Shown here: positions 44,401 to 56,900 of the stretch, piece by piece | Numbering within the stretch: position 1 is the first letter of the stretch | Layout: the number at the start of each line of letters is the position of its first letter | NCBI GenBank assembly: GCA_051294375.1 | Contig: CM119269.1 | Coordinates: 394,910-458,909, forward strand | DNA length: 64,000 nt | Reading direction: 5' to 3' | Origin: Paraspadella gotoi | Lineage: Eukaryota > Animalia > Chaetognatha | The notes under the pieces: generated by a model | What the model was told of the DNA's origin: nothing | The model's input: the letters and a program-made list of their open reading frames with translations, nothing else | Databases searched by the model: none | Position numbers and translations under genes: made by a program

Positions 44401-46360
44401 TAAGACACTTTCCTAACACCTTTTTAAAGCCAAGAAGTCATCCCATCTCTGACCTGTAGATAAGATACTTTCCTAACACCTTTTTAAAGCCAAGAAGTCA
44501 TCCCATTTCTGACCTGTAGATAAGACACTTTCCTAACATCTTTTTAAAGCCAAGAAGTCATCCCATCTCTGACCTGTAGATGGGACACTTTCCTAACATC
44601 TTTTTAAAGCCAAGAAGTCATCCCATCTCTGACCTGTAGATAAGACACTTTCCTAACACCTTTTTAAAGCCAAGAAGTCATCCCATCTCTGACCTGTAGA
44701 TGAGACACTTTGCCCAAAACCGCGCCGTAAGAAATGAGGACGGCGGCGATGGCGAAGTCCGCCCCAAGGAGACTTCCGAGGTTAAGAGGAATCGGATTAT
44801 CAGTTGGATCGATGAAGGGATTGTTGCTAGAGACACGTGGCGCCTCTGTTGGCAGGACTGGAGCGGAGACATTGAGAATGACTGCGAGAAGGGAGGAAGG
44901 GAGAGAGGGAGAGAGAGGGACAGTTAAAAAGAGAAGAGAAAGAGAGAGTGAGAGACAGGGAGAGAGAGAGAATGAGACAGAGAGAGAGAAGAGAGAGAGA
45001 AGGAGACAGAGAGTGAGGGAGAGAGAGAAAGAAGGAGAAAGATAGAGTGAGAGAGAGAAAAAAGAGGGCGAGTTCATTTGTTTAGATCTTTGTTAAAGTT
45101 TTCATGTACTAATTTTTCAGATAATTTATTTTGGAAATATTTCTAGTTTCAAATTAAATGGTTTTTGGTCTTTATGAAAATTTATGCAAAACTAAAAACA
45201 AACAAACTATTTTATTTAACTCTGTAAGTTACATTACTGTAGAGTAATGTATTGTATGATATTATATGATTAATTTAGTTTTTGAACATTTACATTGAAT
45301 TACATTACATACAAATACTGAAGGGAGTGGTTCTTTAATGCAATTGAAACATTCTTTGAATTCTTTGGATTATTTATAAAATGAATGGTTAATTTTTTTA
45401 TTGGTTGTACCAATTTGATTATTATAATTTTAAATAATATTTTAAAATTTTCCTTGCTATGTCTATGATTTCATAAACAGTATAAGAAGTACGGAAGTAG
45501 TACAGAAGAGTAAAAATAATAATAATAAGTGATGAACGGAATGACCACTCGACAATCCTCGAACCACTCAGGCTGTTCTGACTCAGGCTCACCCAGGTTG
45601 CTCACTCACCTCTGCACTGCGCATCATAGTCTTCATCGTGGGAGTCAATGTGCAACCAACCAAAGACCAACATCGACCATTGAATTCCGATGGCAGAAAT
45701 CATCATATTGAATCCAACTGAACCGTAAGAGTATTTCTTGAGAAATGTCATGAGAAAACCGAAACCAAGAAAGATCATCACGTGAACATCCTGTCAAGAA
45801 AAATAAGTGGTTGTGGTATTCCTCTCACACGAGATTCTTCCCACACGGAATTTTTCCCCAAGGAATTCCTCCCCCACAGGATTCGTCCCTTTGGAATTTC
45901 TCCCCATAGAATTCCTCCCCATAGAATTCCTCCCCAGAGAATTCCTCTCACACGTGATTCCTCCCCACTGCATTCCTCTCACGAGGGATTCCTCCCACGA
46001 GGAAAAGTAAGAGGGAAAGTACGAGGGAAAGTAAGAGGGAAAGTACGAGGGAAAGTACGCAAAATATGCAAAATATAATATCCTGTGAAAATGTCAAGCT
46101 TTGTTTAAAAACGTTAACCCATGCAACGTGACCTGGTTCATTACAACACATCCACAGATTCGCACCTGAAACATGGAATAGGTGATCTCCATCATATCCT
46201 CAGACTCGTTCGGCTTGTTCGCGTCTCTGAATGGTTGCGCCACTCTGTCTCTGTCGTCGTCGTATTTCGTCATCGTCCCGAAGAGAATGATCAACAAAAT
46301 CTCGATCACGAGGATCGTCGCTCCCAGTTTCATATGACGCATTTGACGCAGAAAGCCCAT
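39174..46360 (-). CDS. Rh-family ammonium transporter, canonical paralog (8 exons)
   Basis: [106 protein letters not shown]. Confidence 0.93.
43302..44056 (+). mobile_element. HINE/DINE-1-like non-autonomous repeat; partial copies at about 46503-46985, 21600-21630, 24785-24897 and 61672-61720
   Basis: Shared acaagtttgagca...gatctgccca start, (GACR)n microsatellite and ccgacaagatt...ggcggacc...gaccgac end. Subterminal inverted motif gtcggatctgc/gcagatccgac. Confidence 0.6.
44298..44715. repeat. 60-bp tandem repeat, 7 copies, derived from an Rh exon end plus its donor
   Basis: Period of 60 is visible line by line. On - each unit carries ...AAAGTGTCTyATCTACAG|GTCAGAG. Confidence 0.92.
45817..46060. 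repeat. Intronic minisatellites (attcctcccc-type and gaggggaaagta-like units)
   Basis: Seen directly. Confidence 0.8.
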
Positions 46361-48341
46361 TGTTGTTGTTGTTGTCGTCGTTGTTGTTATTGTTTCGGTC
46401 GAAGTCACGACTCACGATTATTTTTAACTTTTGCTTCTTGAGAGATTGAAAGAAAACTATTAAGTGAGTAAAAAATATAAACAGTAAAATAACAGATAAT
46501 ATACAAGTTTGAGCAAAAAATACGCAGATCTGCCCACGATCATCATCAGTAATTAATTAACTAATTAATTCATCAGATCTGGCATTGTTTGTTCTAACTT
46601 GTTTGTTTTTGACCGCGACAAAAGCAACGACGACGATGATGGCGACGACGACGACTGATAATTGATAGATGAATGATTGATTGATTGATTAAATAATTAA
46701 TTATTTGATTGATTGACTGATTAATTATTTATTAAATAATCTTTTAATTACTTGATTTATTAATGCAGCCTACCTTTACATTGAATATAAAAAAGCATAA
46801 TTAGTAAAACAAATCGAAATTTAATTTCCAGCTCAATCACACACTTTTTCACCCTCAAATACTGATAGACAGACGGATTTTGCATAAGTGAAAGTACACA
46901 ATGCATAATTTATCATAATTTGATGTTCTGACATGATTTAAGTGACTTACCGACAAGATTGTGGGGGCGGACCAATGGACCGACTAAAATATATCATATA
47001 AAATAAAATTAAGAGATGGATTCTCCTCTTTGTTGATACTGAAATATTGAACGGAAGAGATAAAAAAAAAAATAAAGAAAATGAGAGAAAGAATGAAAGA
47101 AAGAAGATAAAATTGATTAGTATTTGATAATGTAAAATAAAATAATTTTCTAACTGAAGTAAAAATGTATTTGATCAAAAATGTCAAAAAAAAAAAGCTC
47201 ATCGAAATAAGAGGCTATGTTAAAATGGGAATCTTGCCAAACCAGTCTGACTACTGAGCACATAGTATCTTAAGTACTTTTGGATTTTGCATTAATAGTA
47301 CAGGAGATTACTGGCGCTCTAATTAAAATATTGCAGGGTTTTGGCGAGATGATTGTTGTAGACCCATCAAAGCCCGTCCTTAGTCGGGAGGCAAGATATC
47401 TGGTCTAATATATATTTGAAAGTGTTTTTTTTTGCGCTTTTATACTTCGATTTTCTGATTTTCAAAAGTTTTTCATATATCTTAGTTCGAACCCAGCTGA
47501 CTGGCTAATGATCAAATATACCAAATAACATCTTTGTCAAAATGATAATACCATAATTCCCTAATTTTTTATTAACTAGAGTAAACAGTTACGATTGAAT
47601 AATTTAATATACATGATAAACTTTTTAACTTCAATTTAAATTTCCAAAATCTTATCCAATTTATGCTCACGGCGCATTTTCAAAGTCGTAGTACCAGTTC
47701 AGTACAAAATCCTCTCGCTCGCGTATAATTAATTAAATGTCATAAAAAGTCAGATTTCAACTTTGACAACAAAGTCTGTCGGTCTGCCTGAGTAAAGTGT
47801 AATTTAGTTACGTTATAATTATTCATTTTGTAACAAATATTTTTAGTTTCATTTGTTATTTTGTTTCATTTTGTTTTTTCATTTTCAGGTACCATTCATT
47901 TTGTCTTTTGTCAACTGTTTTTTAAAAGCACAGCACTAAAGAAAAATATTATTATTACAACTTAAAAGGGTATAAAAGCAAATCTCATTTTTTTCTTGGT
48001 AGACTTTATTTATCAACTCATTTTTAAATATTTCATTTTATTTTAACTTTTGAAATTTTCAAATTTTCCAGTTTGACTGGATTTCAAGAAAAAAAAATGT
48101 TTAACGCAAAAAATTCAAGTATTTTTTCGCCTATTAAGAATATATTATCGTCTTTGTCCTCGTCTTCGTTGCGGTTTTCTTCGTCGTCTTTATCGTTGTC
48201 GTCTTTCAATTTTGTCCTCAATTTTTGCTTCGTACGATTATCAATTAAATACCCCAAAATTCCAGATTTATAAATGTAATTTAGATTAATTTGAAGTAAA
48301 TGACCTTTTTAATTGCGCGAGTGATTTTTGGTCAATTGGTC

Positions 48342-49197
48342 TGTAGAAATTGTATGAAGAAAGGTAAACAATTTCATCAGCACTCCACTCCAAGACGAGG
48401 GGGAGAATATCACTGGAACAGCTTAGCGTGATAGAAGGACCGAGATAGAAAGAACAGAAGAGTAGAGACCGTCCATGGGAGAATTCGATTGCTTGAAAGG
48501 ATAAAGGGGGGAGCAGCCACCTCCCAGCAGGCAGAGCAGTGGAAATCCCTAGGAGGTGGAAGGAAGTCGTCCTTCGACCGGCTACGACGGACAACTTGCC
48601 AGGAGAGCAAGACACACTATGCTAGTTTCGCACATCGACTTACGAATTCTTTTTTTTTTCCCGACGAAATTGATTTCGATCGATCGCAAGCGAAGAATCC
48701 TCAGCGGTCCATGAGGACAGCTGTTGCAAGTGCCGCAACCATCGGAAGTGTTGGGCCAACGGTCCGCCTCCCGAGCGAGGTTGTCTAAACTTTTGACTTC
48801 TATGTATAGAAAATCTTTAAGAAAAAGAAACAAACTACTTTTTATTAGATTTTTTAATTTTATAAAAAATAGAATAAAAATTTTAACAACTTTGGAGCTC
48901 TCTTAGGGTTTAATTCCTACCGGTCTCTTTCTCTAAACTCTTCCTCTCTCCTCTTTCTCCGTGCAGGTCAATCCACACGGTCACTTTGCCCCTGCTTTGG
49001 CAATGACCTTAAATTGACCGGGCAAAGCAATAGGACCGAGAAGACCGTAAGGTCAAGTCGGTCCGGGCAATGATAAAAGTGGATCATGAGAGAGCTCGTC
49101 TCACTCTTTTTCTACTTCTCATACAATGTCACAATTCTTCACCTTCTCCTTACTTTTATTATTACTATTTTTCGTCTTCTACATTGGTGATCCCGAC
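48342..49197 (+). mobile_element. Isolated 5' LTR (48342-49183) with tRNA-Trp-type PBS; internal region lost
   Basis: Terminal inverted repeats TGTAGAA...TTCTACA, then t + TGGTGATCCCGAC. Confidence 0.7.
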
Positions 49198-51304
49198 TTA
49201 AGATAAGTAACCTTCTGATTTTTACTGACACTGATCGATTGGCTTATGATTTTATTGATAGAGTGAATGCCGGGATGGCATTAACTTCCTCCTGCCGGCC
49301 CTCCAGTTTTCTTGGTTGTGTCGATAACACCCTGGCTCACAGTTTTTGGCGGCGTCGCCGAATTTTCTATGGTAAAAGCAGATTTCGACGCGTTGGGTTT
49401 TTTGCTGCTGCTGGGGCTGTTTCTAATAATAAAAAAGTACATTTTTGGCAATATTTAAGAAAAAAAATCATGTCCATTTTTGTCCATTTTCACTTTCGTC
49501 CTCTGATTTGAATGCCAAGGAAAGTTGAGAAAATTTATTTACTTTGGAAATCCGTTCTTCCTTATCTTATTCACCTCTGGGTAAATTTATTCGCTTAAAT
49601 CATTTGTAGTTTGCCTATGAATTAATTTTAAAGTTGACAAGTCAAAAAGTTTCATTTTCAGTTTTTATCATAATTTGTTAAACAAAAATTGTTCAAATTG
49701 GTTTAAATTAACAGAAAATATAGCCTATTGAATAAGCTTTTAAAACCTATAAAATAATAAAAAAAAACCTGCTTCGTTCAGCCACTAATAATTTTTAAAG
49801 ACGGCCATTAATTTGTGACTTTTTGTGACTTGCATTTATTTTTAATAAAGAAAATATTTTCAACTCATTTATTAGTTTTAAAAGATAATATACATACTGA
49901 CGTTGATTAATCCAAAAAAACCGCATCCTTTTAGTCCGATGGAAAGCATCAGGACTTTTTTTTCTCAGAAAAATCTATCGATTTACTAAATCTGCTAGGC
50001 AATCAAACTTAGAATAAAATCTTTCGCTACCCAAAATTTATTTTACTACGTTACATTTTAAACATTTTCATATATTTAACATAATGTAAACGCAGATTTA
50101 ATAAGTGAACGGGAGAAAAAGAGAAGAGGAGGGAGAGACAATGTGTGTGAAAAAAGGAAGCTGATAGAGGGGGAGGGAGCGGATTGGAAAGTATTAAAAA
50201 ATGAGTAAGAGGAGTTTGAGAACAAGAGAAGGAGAGAAAAGAAGAGATAGTATGAAAGGAGAGACAGAATCGGAGAAAGAAGAAGAAAAGCTGAGATAAA
50301 GAAAAAAATAGTAAAGGAAAAGAGAGGAAGAGAGAGGAAAGGGAAGAGAGGAGGATTAAAGGAAAGAGAGATTAAAAACATATTACTTGATTCGATTAAG
50401 ATCATTTCATCCTTACTATAATTTATAGCTTACAGATGAAGTCGATAAAAACAGTTTTAGTGACAAAGTGATTTAATGACATAATAACATGACGTGAGAA
50501 TCGAGACTGAATTTGTTTCAGCTTAACAGATCAAAAGAAAACATATTAAAAACAAAACAGATTTAAATGTCGAGCCATCTTCTCGGGAGAATCAAAATCT
50601 AAAATAAACTAGAGGTTCAGCTTCTGATTAAAGCTTTAAATAAGATTATTTGAATTCTGAGTTTTCAGTTCCCTGGTGGCTCAGAGCCATAATTCCAGGA
50701 ACCAAGACCTCCGATCCCAGGATCGAATCCTGGAGAGGGACAATTTATTCACAAACGAATAAGTTGGTCGGAGAAGTCTATATCCCCCTGTGATTATATA
50801 TATGCGTTTAATATTTACAATAATATATAAAAATAAAATTCGTTGTCGTCGGTATGTGTGTGAATGTGATTTCAATATCTGTAAACATTTATAAATGATA
50901 ATTCAAAAATTGTAAAAGGGTTTTTCATTTCGAAATGAAATTTGACTTGACTTGACTTTGCAAAATTTGAAATAAAATTACTAAAATTCACAAAATTCAA
51001 AATAATAATTGGGGAATAATGGAATATGGGGTTGTTGGCTGTCGGAGTCACCGCCGAGGATGCTGATGGATGAAGATGGATAAAGATTGACTCCGACAGT
51101 TTAACTAGGCATTAGTTGGGAATTTTGCTTTTTTCGTTTTTTTTTCTCCCGTCCATAATCACATCCATGTGCAAGGAGGTCTGGGAGAAGGAGAAAGACA
51201 AGGCGAAAAACGTGTGGGTCGGAGAAAAGGTTTGACACTACAGCAAGACACATGACGTGACAACTTAGTGACGTGACGTGACACTAAATACTTAACAGTA
51301 TTTA

Positions 51305-51730
51305 ATTAGGGTTAGGGAGGGTTAGGGTTTTAGGGTTATGGGTTAGGTTAGGTTTAGGTTAGGTTAGGGTTAGGGTTTAGTTAGGGTTAGGGTTAGGGGT
51401 AGTTAGGGGGGAGAGAGATGGTTTAAGTGGTTAAGCGGTTAAGGGTAGTTAGGTGTAATAGGCGTTATAGTGCGTTAGGCGTGATAGAAGGTGTAGGTGT
51501 TGTTAGGTTAGGGCTTTAGGCGTTTTTAGGTGTTAGTCTAGGTTACGGCGGTTGAGTTAGTTAGGGTTATGTCTGTCGTGTAGTGCGGTGTAGGGTTTAG
51601 GGTTAGGGTTCAGGGTTAGCGGTTAGGTGCTGTAACGGTGTAGCGTTAGGGTTAAGGTAAGGGTTAGGTTAGGGTTTAGGTTTTATGGGGTGTAGGGTTT
51701 AGGGTTAGCGGTTAGGGTTTAGGGTAGGGT
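51305..51730 (+). repeat. Degenerate interstitial telomere-like (TTAGGG)n tract
   Basis: Many ttaggg, ttagg and tttaggg units. Confidence 0.85.
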
Positions 51731-52813
51731 TGCGGCCTACGCGCTTTGATATCGCTTAACGCAACTTCCTAAGCGACGCCTTTAAAAATTTTCCCAAAAT
51801 TTTTTTTTAAAAAAAATAAGATTTTGAAAAATTTTAATCCAGTGAGATATTTCAAGATGATCCTGGCAAAGGGGAGAACGATCTAACATAGACAACAAGA
51901 AGAGATTCATCCTTCGACTCAGGGTGCAAGCGTCAAGCCTAAGCTATCGGCCAACCAGGCTGGCCTGCAAATCCCGGTTATTATTATCCTTTTTAAAACT
52001 TTTAATTTAGACTTTCGAAGCCTTTGTTGTTTGTTTTGATTCAGCTAAACAAAAAAACCAGGAGTCTTACCGCCTTTTCAATCATATGTTGTTTAACTGT
52101 TTTTCTCAGAGAAAACAAAACGTTTTGATTCAGTTGCTTGTTTTCGAATCTGAATAAATAAACAAGTCAAACTTTTATTCACTTGTTTTACTTCTTCTCA
52201 ACCATGTAATAAACTACATTTTTGAAACTAGAAATAAAGTTTTTATCTTAGCTGAATTGAATATCTCTCTTCTAAAATGAATCACCTCTAACAAACAGAC
52301 AGAGAAAAATCCCATTTATCCCTGTAAAAATCTCTAGGAACTGGAGAGAAGAAAATGAGAAGAACGAATGACGAATAGTATACCAGCAGAATAAAGTAAA
52401 CCAACTTTATCTATCGTAATTTCCACGCTCGTTATTCAACTTTGATCCCTTAGCTCTCTTTACAATGCTTTAATAATTCTCGTAATACGTATCTAGGTTT
52501 CAGAGCTACGTTAAAGGAATGCTAACGCTTATCTTTAGTGAGCCCACACTCATTGTCGGCGCCATCCTCGTGGCGTATCAACGCCACTCGGAGCCACGCC
52601 ACACTTGGTGAAACCGACGCAGGACAGAACCAACCTTCGAGAGCGGGAGACAACGGATTAAATCACCTCCTCAGGTAGGACTGGGTGAGAATTGAAGGGT
52701 ATTAAAGCGACCCACCCATCCGCTGACACCCTTTCTCCCTTTTTCTCTTTCGGTGAAACAACTATTGGAGTCAATAGCGTCAACGAAGCGAAGCAAACGA
52801 AACGTCAGCCCTA

Positions 52814-53917
52814 ATGAGCAACCCGGACCTGCGCTCACGCCTCCGTTCCGCCCAGCGCGCCACAGAGGAGCAGCCAGATCCGCCGTCGACCCTCCAAATC
52901 CCCATAGGCTTTGGACGAGGCACACGCTCACGCTCGACGTCGCCAATCTTCATCGACGCCGCCCCAGAATTCAATTTCAGGCAAATTAGCAGCGAAAACT
53001 TCGAGGACGCCGATATGGCCACTGGAGGCGACGCTCAAAGGGATAATCTCCGCGATGAGAACGAGGAGCTGCGCGCCGCCCTCGCCGCCGCCACCAGAGC
53101 CCTCGAACGAGCTTCTAATAGAAAACCGGATCTTCCTGAGTTTGATACAACGAACATAGAGATCTGGATCAAGCGCGTTGAAGCCGCTTATACACGTGCC
53201 GGCATTACAGCGCCCAAATCTAAATTTGCTCACTTAGAGTCCAAAATTGGCGTGAATGTCGATCCAAAGGTGAATCAGTTTCTCTACGGGGAAACCTCAG
53301 AGCAATCATGGCAGTCTTTTCTCGATTATCTCCGCCGAGAGTATGGCCTCACTCGACGACAACAGGCCGTCCACATGCTAGACGCCTTCGACGTCGACGG
53401 GATGAAGCCATCTAAAATGCTCGCTCGACTTGAGGAAAAAACAAAAACGGTAACGCTGGATGACATTCGAAAGGAAAAAATCCTTAGAGAGTTACCCACA
53501 GAGATTCGTAGGCAGCTGGAGGACAAAGCTGACGATCTTTCAGCGAATGAACTGTGCGAGATCGCCGATCGTCACTTCGACAATGAAGGTAACATCAAAA
53601 TAAAGGCGAACTCAGCTCTCATCAACAACGTCGAAGTAGGCCGACGAGGACGGCGCGAATCATCGTCGTCATCAGATAGCGACGCCGCCGACCTCGTCAA
53701 CGCCGTCAGCGCCGGCAGACAGAAAAACTTCAACGCCAAGAAAAAGAAAAGCCAAGGTCAAGCTACAAAGAGTAAGGCAAAGCCAAAATTACTCACGTTA
53801 TGTCACAAGCACGCGAAATTTGGTGACGACGCGTGGTCTTGTGAACCCGGGTGTTCCAAGTTCGACGACCTGCAGCGCAAACGAGAGGGAAACGCCAGAG
53901 GGGGGCGCCGTCGGTGA
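52814..53917 (+). CDS. gag: Gag
   Basis: PDLPEFDTTNIEIWIKRVEA capsid-like start and C-terminal CHKHAKFGDDAWSCEPGC zinc motif. Confidence 0.9.
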   Translation: MSNPDLRSRLRSAQRATEEQPDPPSTLQIPIGFGRGTRSRSTSPIFIDAAPEFNFRQISSENFEDADMATGGDAQRDNLRDENEELRAALAAATRALERASNRKPDLPEFDTTNIEIWIKRVEAAYTRAGITAPKSKFAHLESKIGVNVDPKVNQFLYGETSEQSWQSFLDYLRREYGLTRRQQAVHMLDAFDVDGMKPSKMLARLEEKTKTVTLDDIRKEKILRELPTEIRRQLEDKADDLSANELCEIADRHFDNEGNIKIKANSALINNVEVGRRGRRESSSSSDSDAADLVNAVSAGRQKNFNAKKKKSQGQATKSKAKPKLLTLCHKHAKFGDDAWSCEPGCSKFDDLQRKREGNARGGRRR

Positions 53918-56900
53918 ACGCCGTCCCCCAAGCCACGCGATCACCGGCGCCTTCGGACCTACTCTACATTCGAGACTCAGGGGACAGGACGAAGTGGCTA
54001 GTAGACGGCGGCGCCCTCCTCTCGATCGTCCCTCCAACAAAAGAGCAACGACAAGGCGGACCTGATCCTAAGCTGAAACTTCAGGCGGCAAACGGCTCGC
54101 CAATCAGTTGTTTTGGGACAATCGATAAGGAAGTGCAACTTGGAAATCGAAAATTCAATTATCAATTCGTTATTGCTGATGTGAAACAACACATATTGGG
54201 CGCAGACTTTCTGGCGGAAAATTTTCTGGCGCCCAATCACAGAGACGGCTTATTACTCGACTTAAGAGATTATTCTACTATCGCGGCGTCGACGGCTTCA
54301 ACCGCGTCAGAGACGACGGCCCACGTGAATTTCGTCGATCGCCAAGGCGAAAAATATTATAAGCTTCTGGACGCTTTTCCTTCATTGTCGACTCCAACTT
54401 TCGAATTAAAGGAGCCAAGGCATGGGGTCACGCACTCCATCCCGACAGAAGGAAGACCTTGTCAGTCAAGAGCGCGCCGCCTCGACGCTGAGAAATTAGC
54501 GGTGGCAAAAAAGGAGCTTGAAAAGATGGTCTCTCTCGGGATAGCCCAGCGCGGCAAATCGGAATGGTCGTCTCCGTTACATGTCGTTTCAAAACCGGAT
54601 GGAGGATGGCGCTGTTGTGGCGACTATAGGCGCCTGAATTCTCAAACAATTGACGACAAATATCCGGTTAAGTTATTAACGGATTTTAACGCGCAATTGG
54701 AAGGGAAAACCATTTTCTCAAAGATAGACCTATTAAAAGGCTATCATCAGATCCCGGTTAACCCTGATGATGTCAAGAAGACTGCAGTTATAACCCCTTT
54801 CGGGTTATATGTCTTTCCCCGATGTCCCTTTGGTCTTAAAAACGCAGGACAAGATTTCCAGCGTTTGATGGACCAAATACTCGGGGATATACCCCATACG
54901 TTTGTATATCTGGACGATATACTGGTGGCATCGTCAACACCAGAAGAGCACCTCCAGGACCTCGAGAATGTCTTCAGAGCACTCGACGCCAATGGCTTGG
55001 TGGTAAACACCAAAAAATGCTTGCTAGGCCAAGAGTCACTGGAATTTCTGGGATTCTTGGTGGACAAGAACGGAGTAAGACCACTACCAGAGCGAGTTCA
55101 AACGCTACGTGAGACCACGAGGCCTACAACAATAAAGGAGCTACAGCGATTCCTGGGAATGATAAACTACTATCGACGCTTCATTCCCAGGGTCGCCCAC
55201 CGGTGCTCAGCTCTATACGAAGCCCTCAGCGGTAAACCCAAGGCGCTAGAATGGACACCAGAGTGCGAGAAAGCTTTCGAGGCCATCAAGGAGGGCCTGA
55301 TCCAAGCTGCGTTACTACATCATCCAAGGACAGGCGCACAACTATGCATCACTACCGACGCCTCCGACCAGGCAGTTGGAGCAGTGCTAGAACAACGTGG
55401 TCCGAAGGGTTGGGAGCCTCTGGCGTTTTTTTCGACCAAGCTCGCCAAGAACCAGAAGCTATGGCCCCCCTTCGACAAAGAGCTATTCGGAGCATTCAAG
55501 GCAGTGAGACATTTTAGGCACTGGGTTGAGGGACGCGCGTTTACTATATATACGGATCATCAAAGCTTAGTATCGGCGATCAAAAAGAAGGCGGAACCGC
55601 AGACGGTCCGCCAATCCTACCAACTCTCCGTTATCGCCGAATACACGACCGATATCCGCTACCTAAAGGGCAAAGCGAACGTCGTAGCCGACGCCCTTTC
55701 GAGGCCGAACGCAACGACAGAAAAAACGGCGTCAAAAACGGCATCGACAGCGCAGAAAACTACATCGCCAGCAGCAGCGGCAGCGCCAGCAGCAGCAGCG
55801 GCAGCGTCAGCGCCAGCAGCAGCAGCAGACGCAGCAGCAGCTCATATATCAACAATCGATTCAACATCGTCACCAACAGCGACGCCAACTCAGCCATTAA
55901 ACTCATCAATCGAATCAGCTCAGGCGACAGAGATCCCGTTAGGCCCCACAACTCTAAATTCGAACGATAGGCAAATAAAAGCAAATCGTCTCGAAGACGC
56001 ACGGGCAATGATCGCCTCGATGACAAGCTATGAAATTGATTTTGAGCAAATGGCGAGTGAACAGTCACTAGACCCAGATTATCAGAGAATAGCTGAGGAC
56101 GCAAGATCGGGATTGACATTCAGGAAAATCAGAGTGGGCGACCGGGATCTCTTAGCGGACATATCAAACGGACCCGCTCGACCTTTCGTACCTCTATCAT
56201 GGCGGCGAAAAGTATTCGATATAATTCATGGACTCGGTCACCCCGGCGTCGAGGCAACGCGCAAGGCCATCACCTCTAAGTTTGTATGGACAAACATGAA
56301 ACAAGACATCTCTAAATGGGCGCGAGATTGCCTCGATTGCCAGAGAGCCAAAATCACAAGACACACAGTGCCTGAAATAGGCGAATTTCGAATTCCGCCT
56401 AAACGATTTCAGCATATAAATCTTGACCTGGTAAAAATGCCGAGCTCGAATGGATTTTCACACTTACTAACAGTAGTGGATCGATTTTCTAGATGGCCAA
56501 CGGCCATCCCAATTGTGAATACGTTAACGTCAACAATCTTAGACGCCCTCAGCCTGGAATGGATAAGTGTATTTGGGACACCAGCGATAATCACGACCGA
56601 CAGAGGGACTCAGTTTAATTCAGCTCTGTGGCGACAGTTAACTAAACAATGGGGAATTAAACACCAGACCACAACCGCTTACCATCCTCAAGCGAACGGC
56701 CTTGTAGAGCGCTTTCACAGGCGCTTGAAGGAGTCATTAATGGCCCTCGCTAGAGAAAACAAAGAACAATGGTTCTGGAAACTCCCGATGACGCTACTCG
56801 CCATAAGGACGACTATAAAAGAAGATATCGGCGCCTCCGCCGCCGACATGGTCTTCGGCGAAGGAATTAGTGTACCAGGATGTGTAGTCGACAACGCCCA

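Noticed and set aside
44298-44715. CRISPR-like array
   Set aside because: Contiguous tandem units without unique spacers, derived from a host exon; eukaryotic context with no cas genes.
52555-52590. cgcca-tcctcg-tggcg as an HDV-like ribozyme P3/L3
   Set aside because: No P1, P1.1 or P4 partners found.
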